Assembly (NCBI GenBank): GCA_963769025.1
Contig: CAVYKI010000010.1
Coordinates: forward strand, 256,001 to 320,000
Direction: 5' to 3'
Length of the DNA: 64,000 nt
Source of the DNA: an uncultured Verrucomicrobiae bacterium
GTDB lineage: Bacteria; Verrucomicrobiota; Verrucomicrobiia; Chthoniobacterales; Chthoniobacteraceae
In this document: positions 19,521-30,229 of the stretch, piece by piece
Layout: every line of letters starts with the position of its first letter
Numbering within the stretch: the stretch's first letter is position 1
The notes under the pieces: model-generated
The model's input: the letters and a program-made list of their open reading frames with translations, nothing else
Told to the model about the DNA's origin: nothing
Database searches by the model: none
Made by a program: the position numbers and the translations under genes

Positions 19521-22500
19521 ATGAAACACATCACGACACTCCTCGCCGTCATCGCCCTCGCGATGACAGTGCATGCCCAGCAGGGCGGCAGCCTCGAACT
19601 CCACAAAGGCGACCACATCGCGATCGTCGGCAGCGGGCTCGCGGACCGGCAGCAGCATCACGGCTGGCTGGAGATCGCTGATCCACAAGGCGTATCCCGG
19701 ATCTCGAACTGACGGTGCGCAATCTCGGCTTTGCGGCGGATGAGGTGAACGTGCATCCGCGCAGCGACGAAGTGCCGACGACGGAGTAGTTCCTCGAACA
19801 TGAAGCCGGGAACGACGACGCTGACCGTCGGCAAGACCGAGGTGACCTACCACTGGGGCACGGATTTCCATGCGAACGTGATCCTCGCGTACTGGGGCTT
19901 CAATGAGTCGTTCAAGGGCGAGGCGGGGCTGGCGGATTTCAAGAAGGCGCTGGACGAGTATCTGAAGAAGCAGCGCGACGGCGGACTACGGAAAGGGCAA
20001 GCCGCGCGTGGTGCTGCTCTCGCCCATCGCGCATGAGAACGTGAAGGACCCGACGAACTATCCGGACGGCTCGGCGAACAACAAGAACCTCGCGCTTTAC
20101 ACCAAGGCGATGGCGGAGGTGGCGAAGGCGAACGGGGTGCAGTTCGTCGATCTCTTCGCCGCGTCGCAGGCAGCTCTACGCGAAGGCCGCGCGTCCGCTC
20201 ACGATCAATGGCATCCATCTCTCCGAGGAGGGCGACAAGGTGCTCGCGCCGGTGCAGTTCAAGGCGCTCTTCGGCAAGGACGCGCCGAGCGACGACCGAT
20301 CCCGCCGTGGCGAAAATCCGGCAGGCGGTGCTGGAGAAGAATGTGCAGTGGCATCACCGCTACCGCACCGTGGATCAGTACAACATCTTCGGCAGCGCTC
20401 GCGCATCAAATACAAGGAGAAGGACGCTCCCGGCGAGGGCGTGGACAACGCGACGATCCTCGGCCAGGAGCTGGCTCAGCGCGATGTGAAGGTGGCGAAC
20501 CGCGACAAGGCCGTGTGGGCCGTGGCGAAGGGCGAACCCATTCACGGTGAAGGACGACAACCTGCCGCCGGTGCAGCCGACGCCGCCGAACCGCAAGGAG
20601 CCGGTGCCTTATCTGAGCGGCGCGGAGGCGCTGAAGCACCTCACGGTCGCCCGAGGGCGCGAAGGTGGAGTTCGTCGCGTCGGAGGAGGAATTCCCCGAG
20701 CTGGTGAATCCGGTGCAGATGAATTTCGACACGCAAGGGCCGCCTGTGGGTCGCCGCGTGGCCGACGTATCCCGAGACGACGCCGACGACAAGAACTTCG
20801 ACAAGCTGCTCGTCTTCGACATCGACCCGAAGACCGGGAAGTTCACGAAATGCACGACCTTCCCGACGGGCTGAACTGCCCGACCGGCTTCCAGTTCTAC
20901 AAGGACGGCGTGCTCGTCATGCAGTCGCCGGACATGTGGTTCATGCGCGACACGGATGGCGACGGCAAGGCCGACTGGAAGGAGCGCATCGTGCATGGCC
21001 TCGACGCGGCGGACTCGCATCACGAGACGAACTCGATCTGCTACGAGCCCGGCGGCGCGGTGTATTTCAGCGACGGCGTTTTCCATCGCACGAATGTCGA
21101 GACGCTCAACGGCCCGGTGCGCAACGTGAACGGCGCGATCTACCGCTACGAGCCGCGCACGCGCAAGTTCAGCGCTACGTGCCCTACGGCTTCGCGAATC
21201 CGCACGGCCGCGTGTTCGACTACTGGGGCAACGACATCATCACCGACGCCACCGGCAACGCGAACTACTTCGGCCCGGCGTTCAGCGGCCACCTCGACAG
21301 CGGCTCGCACCCGGGGATGAAGCAGTTCTGGAACCGCCCGTCGCGCCCGACTCCCGGCACCGCGATCCTGAGCAGCCGCCATTTCCCGGACGACTGGCAG
21401 GGCGATTTTCTGAACACGAACGTCATCAGCTTCCAGGGCATCTTCCGCGCGAAGATCACCGAGGACGGCTCGGGACTGCAAGGGCGAGACACGCGAGCAC
21501 GGCTCGTGCGACGGCGACGTCGCGGCAGAACCCGAATTTCCGCCCGAGCGGCATCGCCGTGGCGCCGGATGGCTCGCTCTATTTCATGGACTGGTCGCAG
21601 ATGCTCATCGGCCATCTTGCAGCATCATCTGCGCGACCCGAACCGCGACCATCAGCACGGCCGCATCTACCGCATCACCTATCCGTCGCGTCCGCTGCTG
21701 ACGCCGAAAAAGATCGCCGGCGAGCCGATCGAGAATCTGCTCGAACTGCTGAAGGAGCACGAGGACAACGTGCGCCAGCGCGCGAAGATCGAACTCGACA
21801 CGCATGACACCGCCGCAGGTCATCGCCGCGGTGCAGAAGTGGGAGAAGGCGCTCGATAAGAAGGACACGAACTACGAGCACCACCGCCTCGAGGCGCTGT
21901 GGGTCCACCAGTGGCACAACGTCGTGAACCTCGCGCTGCTCAACGACGTGCTGAAGTCGCCCGAGCCGCCGCGCCCGCGCGCAGGCCGTGCGCGTGCTCT
22001 GCTACTGGCGCGACCGCGTGCCGAATGCGCTCGCCCTGCTCGAAGACCGCCGTCGAGGACGAGCACCCGCGCGTCCGCCTCGAAGCCGTGCGCGCCGCGA
22101 GCTTCTTCAACGGCAAGGACGTGCCCGCCGCCATCGACATCACCTACGCGGCGCTGGCCAAGGAGATGGATTACTACCTCGAACTACACTTACGACGAGA
22201 CGATGAAGCAGCTCCGCTCGCTCTCGAAGGACTTCGTGCTCCCGCAGAATCCGGCACTCGTGGAAATGGCGCTGCACAAGCTTTCCGACGGCGAACTGGA
22301 AAGAGCACCATCCATCGAGCCCGTGCTCTATGCGCGTCTCGAACGCAAGAGCTACGACGCCGGCAAGCGCGACAAGGTGATCACCGAACTCGCCAAGCTT
22401 CACAACATCGATCGCGTGACCGAGATGATCTCCTCGCTCGCCAAGCTTGATGCCAAGGGCGGCACCGCCTCCGGTGGCGCGCAGGAGCTGGCAAAAATGC

Positions 22501-23550
22501 TCGGCCTCAGTGCTGCCGCGGATCTCGCAAAGGCTCGCACTTCACTCGTGAACCTCGCCTCGACCGCGAAGCTCGGCCCCGTGCGCGGTGCCGCGTGGGC
22601 CGCGCTCATCATCGGCGACGGCAAGCCAGAGACCGCCTGGGCCGCGGCGTCCGATGAGACGAAACGCAAAGCGCTGATGGATTCCATCGGCCTCATCCCC
22701 GACCCGTCGCTGCGAGCGAAATTCCAGCCGCTGCTCACCGACGCGCTCGGCGATCCGAAGTTCCGCAGCGCAGCGATGAAGGCGCTCCCGCTCATGGGCG
22801 CGGAGAACGCGAAGGCAAACTTCAAGGTGCTGATCGCCGGCATCCAGTCTCCGCAGACGCGCACCGCCGCGGTGCGCGCCGTGATGCAGCTCCCGCGCGA
22901 TTCCTGGGACAAGGCGCTCGCGGGCGCCGCGGCCGAGGGCATCCTCACGTGGGCAAAGACGGTCCCGCAGCGGCGACCGCACGAAGCAGGACTTTGTGGA
23001 GACGGTGCAGATCGGCATGGAACTCGCGAGCCTGCTGCCGCCGGATGCGGCGACGAAGCTCCGCAAGGAACTGCGCGGACTGGGCGTGAGCGTCTTCGTC
23101 GTGAAGACCGTCCACGAGCAGATGCGCTACGACACCACGCGCATCGTGGTCGAGGCAGGGAAACCGTTTGAGATCATCCTCGAGAACCTCGATGCGATGC
23201 CGCACAACCTGCTCATCGTGGACCCAGGTACGCGGCAGTCGGTTGCGGAGGCGGTGCAGACGCAGCGGCCCGACAAGTTCGACAAGCAGGGCCGCCCGTA
23301 TGTCCCGGAAAAGGACAAGCGCGTGCATGAGGCGACGAAACTCGTCGAGGCCGGGCAGAAGGACACGATCAAGTGGACCGCGCCGAAGAAGGAGGGCGAA
23401 TACGAATACGTCTGCACATTCCCGGGCCACTGGATGCTCATGTGGGGCAAGCTCATCGTCACGAAAGACGTGGACGCCTACCTGGCCGCCCATCCCGATT
23501 CGACTCTGCCCGCGCCCGGCGCACCGGTGCCGCCGCACGCGCACAAGTAA
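19521..23550 (+). CDS. Exported multidomain protein: SGNH-like + PVC-type dehydrogenase beta-propeller + HEAT repeats + C-terminal cupredoxin (many apparent frameshifts, one in-frame TAG at 19787)
   Basis: GDHIAIVGSGLADR, ASEEEFPELVNPVQMNFD, DTDGDGKAD, RDHQHGRIYRI, RLEALW, PRVRLEAVRAAS, MPHN...YVCTFPGHWMLM in successive frames. Confidence 0.8.
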
Positions 23551-23645
23551 GCGAATCGTAGCCGCGCCCGCCGCTTGATCTCCACCTCACAGCACTCACC
23601 GAAACCCACCAAGCAAACGCCCTCACCGGGCTTTTTCCTCCACTC

Positions 23646-26600
23646 ATGAAACGTCCCAGCCTCACCCGCATCGCCGCACTCGCCGCATTTCTCGGCGCAT
23701 CGCTCACCACATTTAACGCGCTCGCCGAGCCGCAGTGGATCTGGCTCTCGCAATCCGCGAAGCCGAAGGAAAAGGTGACGCTTGTCCGCGAGTTCACGCT
23801 CGATGGCGATGCGAAGTCCGCGACGCTTTCCGTCTCGGTGGACAATGGTGCGAAGGTCTTCATCAACGGCAAGGCGGCGGCGGAAAATCCCGACTGGCAG
23901 CAGGCGACCAAGGCCGACGTGAAGGCGCTGCTCGTGAAGGGCAAAAATGAAATCCGCATCGACGCGAAGAACCAGGACGGCAGCGCGGCGGCGGTCGCGC
24001 TGATCGATATCGAGCTGGCGGACGGAAAGAAGATCGCCATCGAGACGAATGGCGACTGGAAGGCCGCGACGACGGGAACGACGGACTTCAAGCCCGCGGC
24101 CGTCATCGCGAAATACGGCGCCGGGCCGTGGGGCGATGTCTTTGCGCGCACGGGCGGCAAGGGCACGGTGAAACGCGGCGTGGACACCAGCGTGCAGGCC
24201 GCGACGGATCCGGCGGAGATCCAGGTGCCGCCGGGCTTCAAGGTCGAGCTGCTCTACACCGTGCCGAAGGCGGAGCAGGGCTCGTGGGTTTCCATGACCG
24301 TGGACAACAAGGGCCGCCTGCTCTGCGGCGACCAGTACGGCGCGCTTTACCGCCTCACGCCGCCGCCGATCGGCAGCGGTGAAAAGGCGAAGGTCGAAAA
24401 GCTGGAGACCAAAATCGGCGGCGCTCACGGGCTGCTCTACGCGAATGATTCGCTCTATGTGATGCTCAACGAGAAGGGCGCGGCTGAGGCGAAGGGGCTC
24501 GCGTCGGGCCTGTACCGCCTCAAGGACACGGATGGTGACGGCAATTTCGGCGAGCCCGGTGCTGCTGAGCGAAATGCCCGGGCGGCGGCGAGCACGGCCC
24601 GCATTCCATGCAGCTCGCGCCGGACGGGAAGAGCATCTATTTCAACGGCGGCAACCACACGAAACTGCCGGTGAATCTCACGCTGTCGCGCCCGGCGAAG
24701 GACCAGTGGGACGAGGACCACATCCTCCCGCGCATGTGGGACGGCAACGGCCACGCACGCGGCATCCTCGCGCCCGGCGGCTACATTTGCAAAACCGACC
24801 CCGAGGGGAAAAAGGTCGAGCTGTTCTGCTACGGCTTCCGCAATCAGTTCGACTTCGCGCTCGATGCGAACGGCGAGATCTTCACCTACGACGCGGACAT
24901 GGAATGGGACATCGGCTCGCCGTGGTATCGGCCCACGCGCATCAACCATTGCGTGAGCGGCGGCGACTACGGCTGGCGCTCCGGCTCGGGAAAATGGCCG
25001 ACGTATTATCCGGACAATCTGCCCGCCGCGGTGGACATCGGCCCCGGCTCGCCGACGGGCGTGGTCTTCGGCACCGGCGCGAAATTTCCCGCGAAATATC
25101 AGCGCGCTCTCTACGGCAACGACTGGACCTACGGCACGATGTACGCGGTGCATTTCACGCCGGATGGCGCGGGCTTCAAGGCGGTGAAGGAGGAGTTCGT
25201 CTCCGGGAAACCGCTGCCGCTGACCGACGTCGTGATCCATCCGAAGGACGGCGCGATGTATTTCGCCATCGGCGGACGCCGCACGCAGAGCGGCGTGTAT
25301 CGCGTGACTTACGCCGGCAAGGAATCCACCGCGCCCGCGGCGCCTTACGCGATGACCGCGGAGATGAAGCAGCGGCACGAGCTGGAGAAACTGCACGAGG
25401 AGGGCACCGGTCCGGAGGCGATTGAAAAGGCGTGGCCGTTCCTCGCGAGCAAGGATCGCTTCCTGCGCTACGCCGCGCGCGTGGCCATCGAGCGCCAGCC
25501 CGCGAAGCTCTGGGCCGAGCGCGCGCTGAAGGAAAAGGATCCGCAGGCCATCATCGAGGCATCCATCGCGCTCGCGCGGGTCGGCCGCACGGGGAATCCG
25601 AATCCCGCGGTCGCAGGCAAGGCGCAGATCCGGCACATCATCCGGCGCTGTCGGTCCCGCGAACGCGGAGGACGCGAAGCTCCAGGCGCGCATCCTCGCC
25701 GGGCTCGACGGCATCGCATTTGCGAAGCTGGATCTCGACCATCAGCTCCAGCTCCTGCGCGCGTACCAACTCGCATTCGCGCGCCTCGGCAAGCCCGACG
25801 CGGCGGCGTGCGCAAAGGCCGCGGCGCATTTCGAGCCGCTCTACCCGCAGGCGAATGCGGACGTGAACCGCGAGCTGTCGCAGCTCCTCATCTTCCTCGA
25901 CTCGAAGAGCGTGGTCGGCAAGACGCTCGGCCTCGTCGCTTCGGCGCGCGACGATGCGGGCGCCATCGCCTCGGACGAACTGCTCGCGCGCAATCCCGGC
26001 TACGCGAAGGCCGCCGAGAGCGTGCACAGCACGCGGCCGAATCACCAGCAGATCGCGCTCATGTTTTCGCTGCGCAACGCGCGCGCCGGCTGGACGCCCG
26101 AGCTGAAGAAGACTTTCTTCTCGTGGTTCCCGCGCACGCGGGACTGGCGCGGCGGGAACAGCTTCCCGAAGTTCATCGACAACATCCGCACGGAGGCGCT
26201 CGCGAATTTCGTCCCCGACCCCGCCGAGCGCGCCACGCTCGATGCACTCTCGAAGAAGGTGCCGCCCGCGCCGCCGGCGAATGTCGTGATGCCGCAGCGG
26301 CCCCGGCAAGGCCTACACCACGGACGACGTCGTCGCGCTCACGCAGGGCGGGTTGCACGGGCGGAATTTCGAGCAGGGCAAGGCCATGTATGCCGCGACG
26401 CTCTGCGCGCGCTGCCACAAGTTCAACGGCGAGGGCGGCAGCATCGGCCCTGACCTCACCGGCGCGGGCAACCGCTACACGATGCGCGATCTTGCGGAGA
26501 ACATCATCGATCCTTCAAAGGTCATCAGCGACCAGTACGGCACGGACGAGATCGAGCTGAAGGACGGCACGAGCGTCGTCGGCCGCCCGATCGTCGAGGA

Positions 26601-26805
26601 GAACGGCAAGCTCTTCCTGATGACGAGCCCGCTCGCGCCGGACGATCTCACCGCGGTGAACTCCGCCGATGTGAAAGGCCGCAAGCCGTTCAACATTTCG
26701 ATGATGCCGCCCGGGCTCATCAACACGCTGAACAAGGACGAGCTGCTCGACCTGATCGCGTTCATGGTCAGCGGCGGGAATCCGAAGGACAAGGCGTTCA
26801 AGTAG
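23646..26805 (+). CDS. Exported PVC-type heme-binding dehydrogenase with N-terminal sugar-binding-like domain (apparent frameshifts)
   Basis: PQWIW..SVDN...FING domain, PPGFKVELLY, GFRNQFD, DADMEWD.G.PWYRPTR, GPGSPTG, CARCH..GPDLT, SMMPPGL. Confidence 0.83.
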
Positions 26806-26853
26806 GCGGTTGCGCCCAGCGTCCCGCCGGGTCCAGTTGGAGAAATCCCGCCC

Positions 26854-29800
26854 ATGAAACCGAAGCTGACATCCATCCTCGCAGGCGCCATCGCACTCGC
26901 GGTTCCGCAGATCTCCCACTCGGAGGAGAAGGTTTCGTTCAACCGCGACATCCGGCCGATTCTTTCGGACATCTGCTTCGCCTGCCACGGGCCGGATGAA
27001 AAGGCGCGCAAGGGCGGGCTGCGGCTCGACATCAAGGAAGCCGCGATGAAGGGCGGCGAGTCAGGGCCCGGGATCGTTCCGGGCAAGCCGGAGGAGAGCG
27101 AAGTTTACAAGCGGCTCATCACGCACGACGCGGAGGAACTGATGCCGCCGAAGAAGGCGAACAAGACGCTGTCGCCGGCGCAGATTGATTCGTTCCGCCG
27201 CTGGATCGCCGAGGGCGCGGAGTATCAGGGGCATTGGGCGTTCATTCCTCCCGTAGCTGCCGACGGGAGGAGGCAGGCTGATCAAGCGCTGACGACTGCG
27301 AAGAGTGCCCGCCTCCTTCCGTCGTCGGCTACGAATGTGATCGATGCCTTCGTCCTCGCGCGACTCGCGAAGGAAGGGCTGCAGCCGCAGCCCGAGGCGC
27401 CGAAGGAAACGCTCATCCGACGCGTGACGCTCGACCTCACGGGCATTCCGCCGACGCCGGAGGAGGTGGATGCGTTCCTCGCGGATCAATCGCCGGACGC
27501 CTACGAGAAGGTCGTGGATCGCGCTGCTTTCCTCGCCGCGCTACGGCGAGCACATGGCGGCACGCTGGCTCGACATGGCGCGGTATGCGGACAGCAACGG
27601 CTTCCAGAGCGACACGCAGCGGCACATGTGGCACTGGCGCGACTGGGTGATCGATGCGTTCAACCGCGAACATGCCGTTCGATCAATTCACGATCGAGCA
27701 GCTCGCGGGCGATCTGCTGCCGAATGCCACTCGCGATCAGCTCATCGCGACGGGCTTCAATCGCAACCACCGCCTCAATGGCGAGGGCGGGCGCATCGTC
27801 GAGGAATGGTTCGCCGAGACCGTGATCGATCGCGTCGAGACGACCGGGCTCACGTGGATGGCGCTCACTTTCAACTGCTGCCGCTGCCACGATCACAAAT
27901 ACGATCCGATCTCGCAGAAGGAGTTTTACCAGCTCTTCGCGTTCTTCAATTCCAACGACGAAAACGGCGTGCTGGACGACTTCGGCGGCGCGGGAAAGAC
28001 GCGGCGCGGCGGGAACTCGCGGCCGGTGCTCGGCTTTGCCGACGCCCGAGCAGGAAGCGCAAATCGCGAAGCTCACGAAGGCCGTGAAGGACGCGGAGAA
28101 CGGCGTGGCCGCAGCGACGAAGGAACTTGCCGCGGCGCAGGCGGCGTGGGAGCCGAAATTCCGCGACCGAGATGCAGCGCGGGATGAAGCCCGTGGACGA
28201 TGCTGGACCCGAAGGAGGTCCGCAGCGACGGCGGCGCGACTTTCGCCAGGCAGGCCGACGGCTCCTGGCTCGCGAGCGGGACCAATCCGCCGTTCGATCA
28301 TATACACTCACCGCGGCGCCGATCGCGGAAGGTTCCTTCAGCGGGCTGCTGCTCGAAGTGCTTCCCGGATGCATCGCTGCCGAACAAGAGCCTCGGCCGA
28401 AACTCGAACGGCAACTTTGTCCTGACCGACGTGATCGCGGAGATCACCGCACCCGGTCTGGCGAAGCCGCTGCGTGCGACGTTCACGCGCGCGGAGGCGG
28501 ACTACAACCAGAAGGGCTACGAAGTCGGAGCTCATCGTGCAGGAAAACGCGAAGCGCGGCAAAGGCGGGAAGAAGAGCCAGGGCTGGGCGATCGACGGGC
28601 CGACGAAGCGCGACGCGCGCAAGGCGATATTCGTCACGGGCACGCCGCTCACGGTGCCGCCGAATGCGACGCTGAGCGTGACGCTGCGGCACGACTCGCT
28701 CGCGAACCACAACATCGGGCGCTTCCGCCTCTCGACGACTTCGCTGCCGCCCTCGACGGTGAAGCTCGATGGCGGCAAAAGTCGCGCCGTCCATCATCGC
28801 GGCGCTCAACGCAGAGCCCGCGAAACGCACGCCGGCGCAGAAGGCGGAGCTTGCGAAATTTTTCCGCGAGAACGCGGACAACCCGGCGAAGCGCGCGGAG
28901 GCCGCGGTCGCCGCGGCGAAGAAGGCGCTCGATGCGGTGTATGCGGATGTCTCGAGCACGATGGTGATGAAGGAACTGCCGCAGCCGCGCGAGGCGTTCA
29001 TCCTGAACCGCGGCGAATACGACAAGCCCGGCGACGTGGTGCGCCCGCGCGCTGCCCGCCGTGCTGCCGCCGATGCCCGAAGGACGCGCCGAACAACCGG
29101 CTCGGTCTCGCGCAGTGGCTCGTGAGCGGCGAGCATCCGCTGACCGCGCGCGTGTGGGTGAACCGCGCGTGGGAGCGCTTCTTCGGCACGGGCCTCGTGA
29201 AGACGTCGGAGAACCTCGGCTCGCAGGCGGAGTGGCCGAGCCATCCCGGAACTGCTCGACTGGCTCGCGACGGAATTTGTGCGGCTGAAGTGGGACATGA
29301 AGGCGATGCAGAAGCTCATCGTGATGAGCGCGACGTACCGGCAGTCGTCGCGCGTCACGCCGGAGCATCTGCGAGAGGATCCCGAGAACCGGCTGCTCGC
29401 GCGCGGACCGCGCTTCCGTCTGCCCGCCGAGGCGCTGCGCGATCAGGCGCTCGCGGTCAGCGGGCTGCTCGTGGAGAAAATCGGCGGGCCGAGCGTGCAG
29501 CCCGTACATGCCCGCCGCCGTGTGGGACGAGACGAGCGTCTATGGCGACATGCGCGAACTACAAGGAGGACACCGGCGAGGGACTTTACCGACGCACGCT
29601 CTACACGATCTGGAAGCGCACCGCCGCGCCGCCGACGATGACGATGTTCGATTCGCCGACGCGCGAGATCTGCACGGTGAAACGCTCGCGCACGAACACG
29701 CCGCTGCAGGCGCTCGCGCTGCTGAACGAAGAGACCTTCGTCGAGGCCGCGCGCATCCTCGCGGAGCGCATGATCGCCGAAGGGCGGCAGCACGCCGGAG

Positions 29801-30046
29801 GAACGCATCGCATGGGCATTCCGCCGCGCCACGTGCCGAGCACCGCGCGCGGAGGAGCTGAAGGTGCTCACCGCGGGGCTGGCGAAGCGCATGGCGCGAT
29901 TCCGGCAATCGCCCGAGGAGGCCGCGAAAATCCTCACGGTCGGCGAGACGAAGGCCGATGCGAAACTCGACCCGGCGGAGCTTGCCGCATACGCGGGCAC
30001 GGCGAACGTCCTGCTGAACCTCGACGAGGTCGTGACGCGGGAGTGA
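26854..30046 (+). CDS. Planctomycete cytochrome c + DUF1549 + DUF1553 protein (many apparent frameshifts)
   Basis: [81 protein letters not shown]. Confidence 0.88.
27252..27333. repeat. Intragenic GTAG-terminated inverted-repeat element, translated in frame
   Basis: CGTAGCTGCCGACGGGAGGAGGC versus revcomp of 27311-27333 CGTAGCCGACGACGGAAGGAGGC (20/23 identical). It encodes VAADGRR...RLLPSSAT. Confidence 0.8.
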
Positions 30047-30229
30047 GCGGAACCCGGATCGCGTGCTGAATCCCATGAAATGGCTTACTCGGGGCGTGAG
30101 GCGGGTTTGGGAGCAGCCGCAGCTTTTGAGGCGGACGGCTTTCTTTCAAATGTCCGTTCGCTGACTTGGTTTCCTACCTTCCCCGGAGCAGCCGCAACAC
30201 ACTGGGACCGCCATTTTCCAAAATCACGA

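Noticed and set aside
19787..19789. In-frame TAG as pyrrolysine or stop-codon reassignment
   Set aside because: It lies in the most error-rich stretch, and TAG terminates many genes normally here.
19521..30046. Programmed frameshifting or phase variation
   Set aside because: No consistent slippery or SSR motif at the breaks, and the same defect hits alr and murE.
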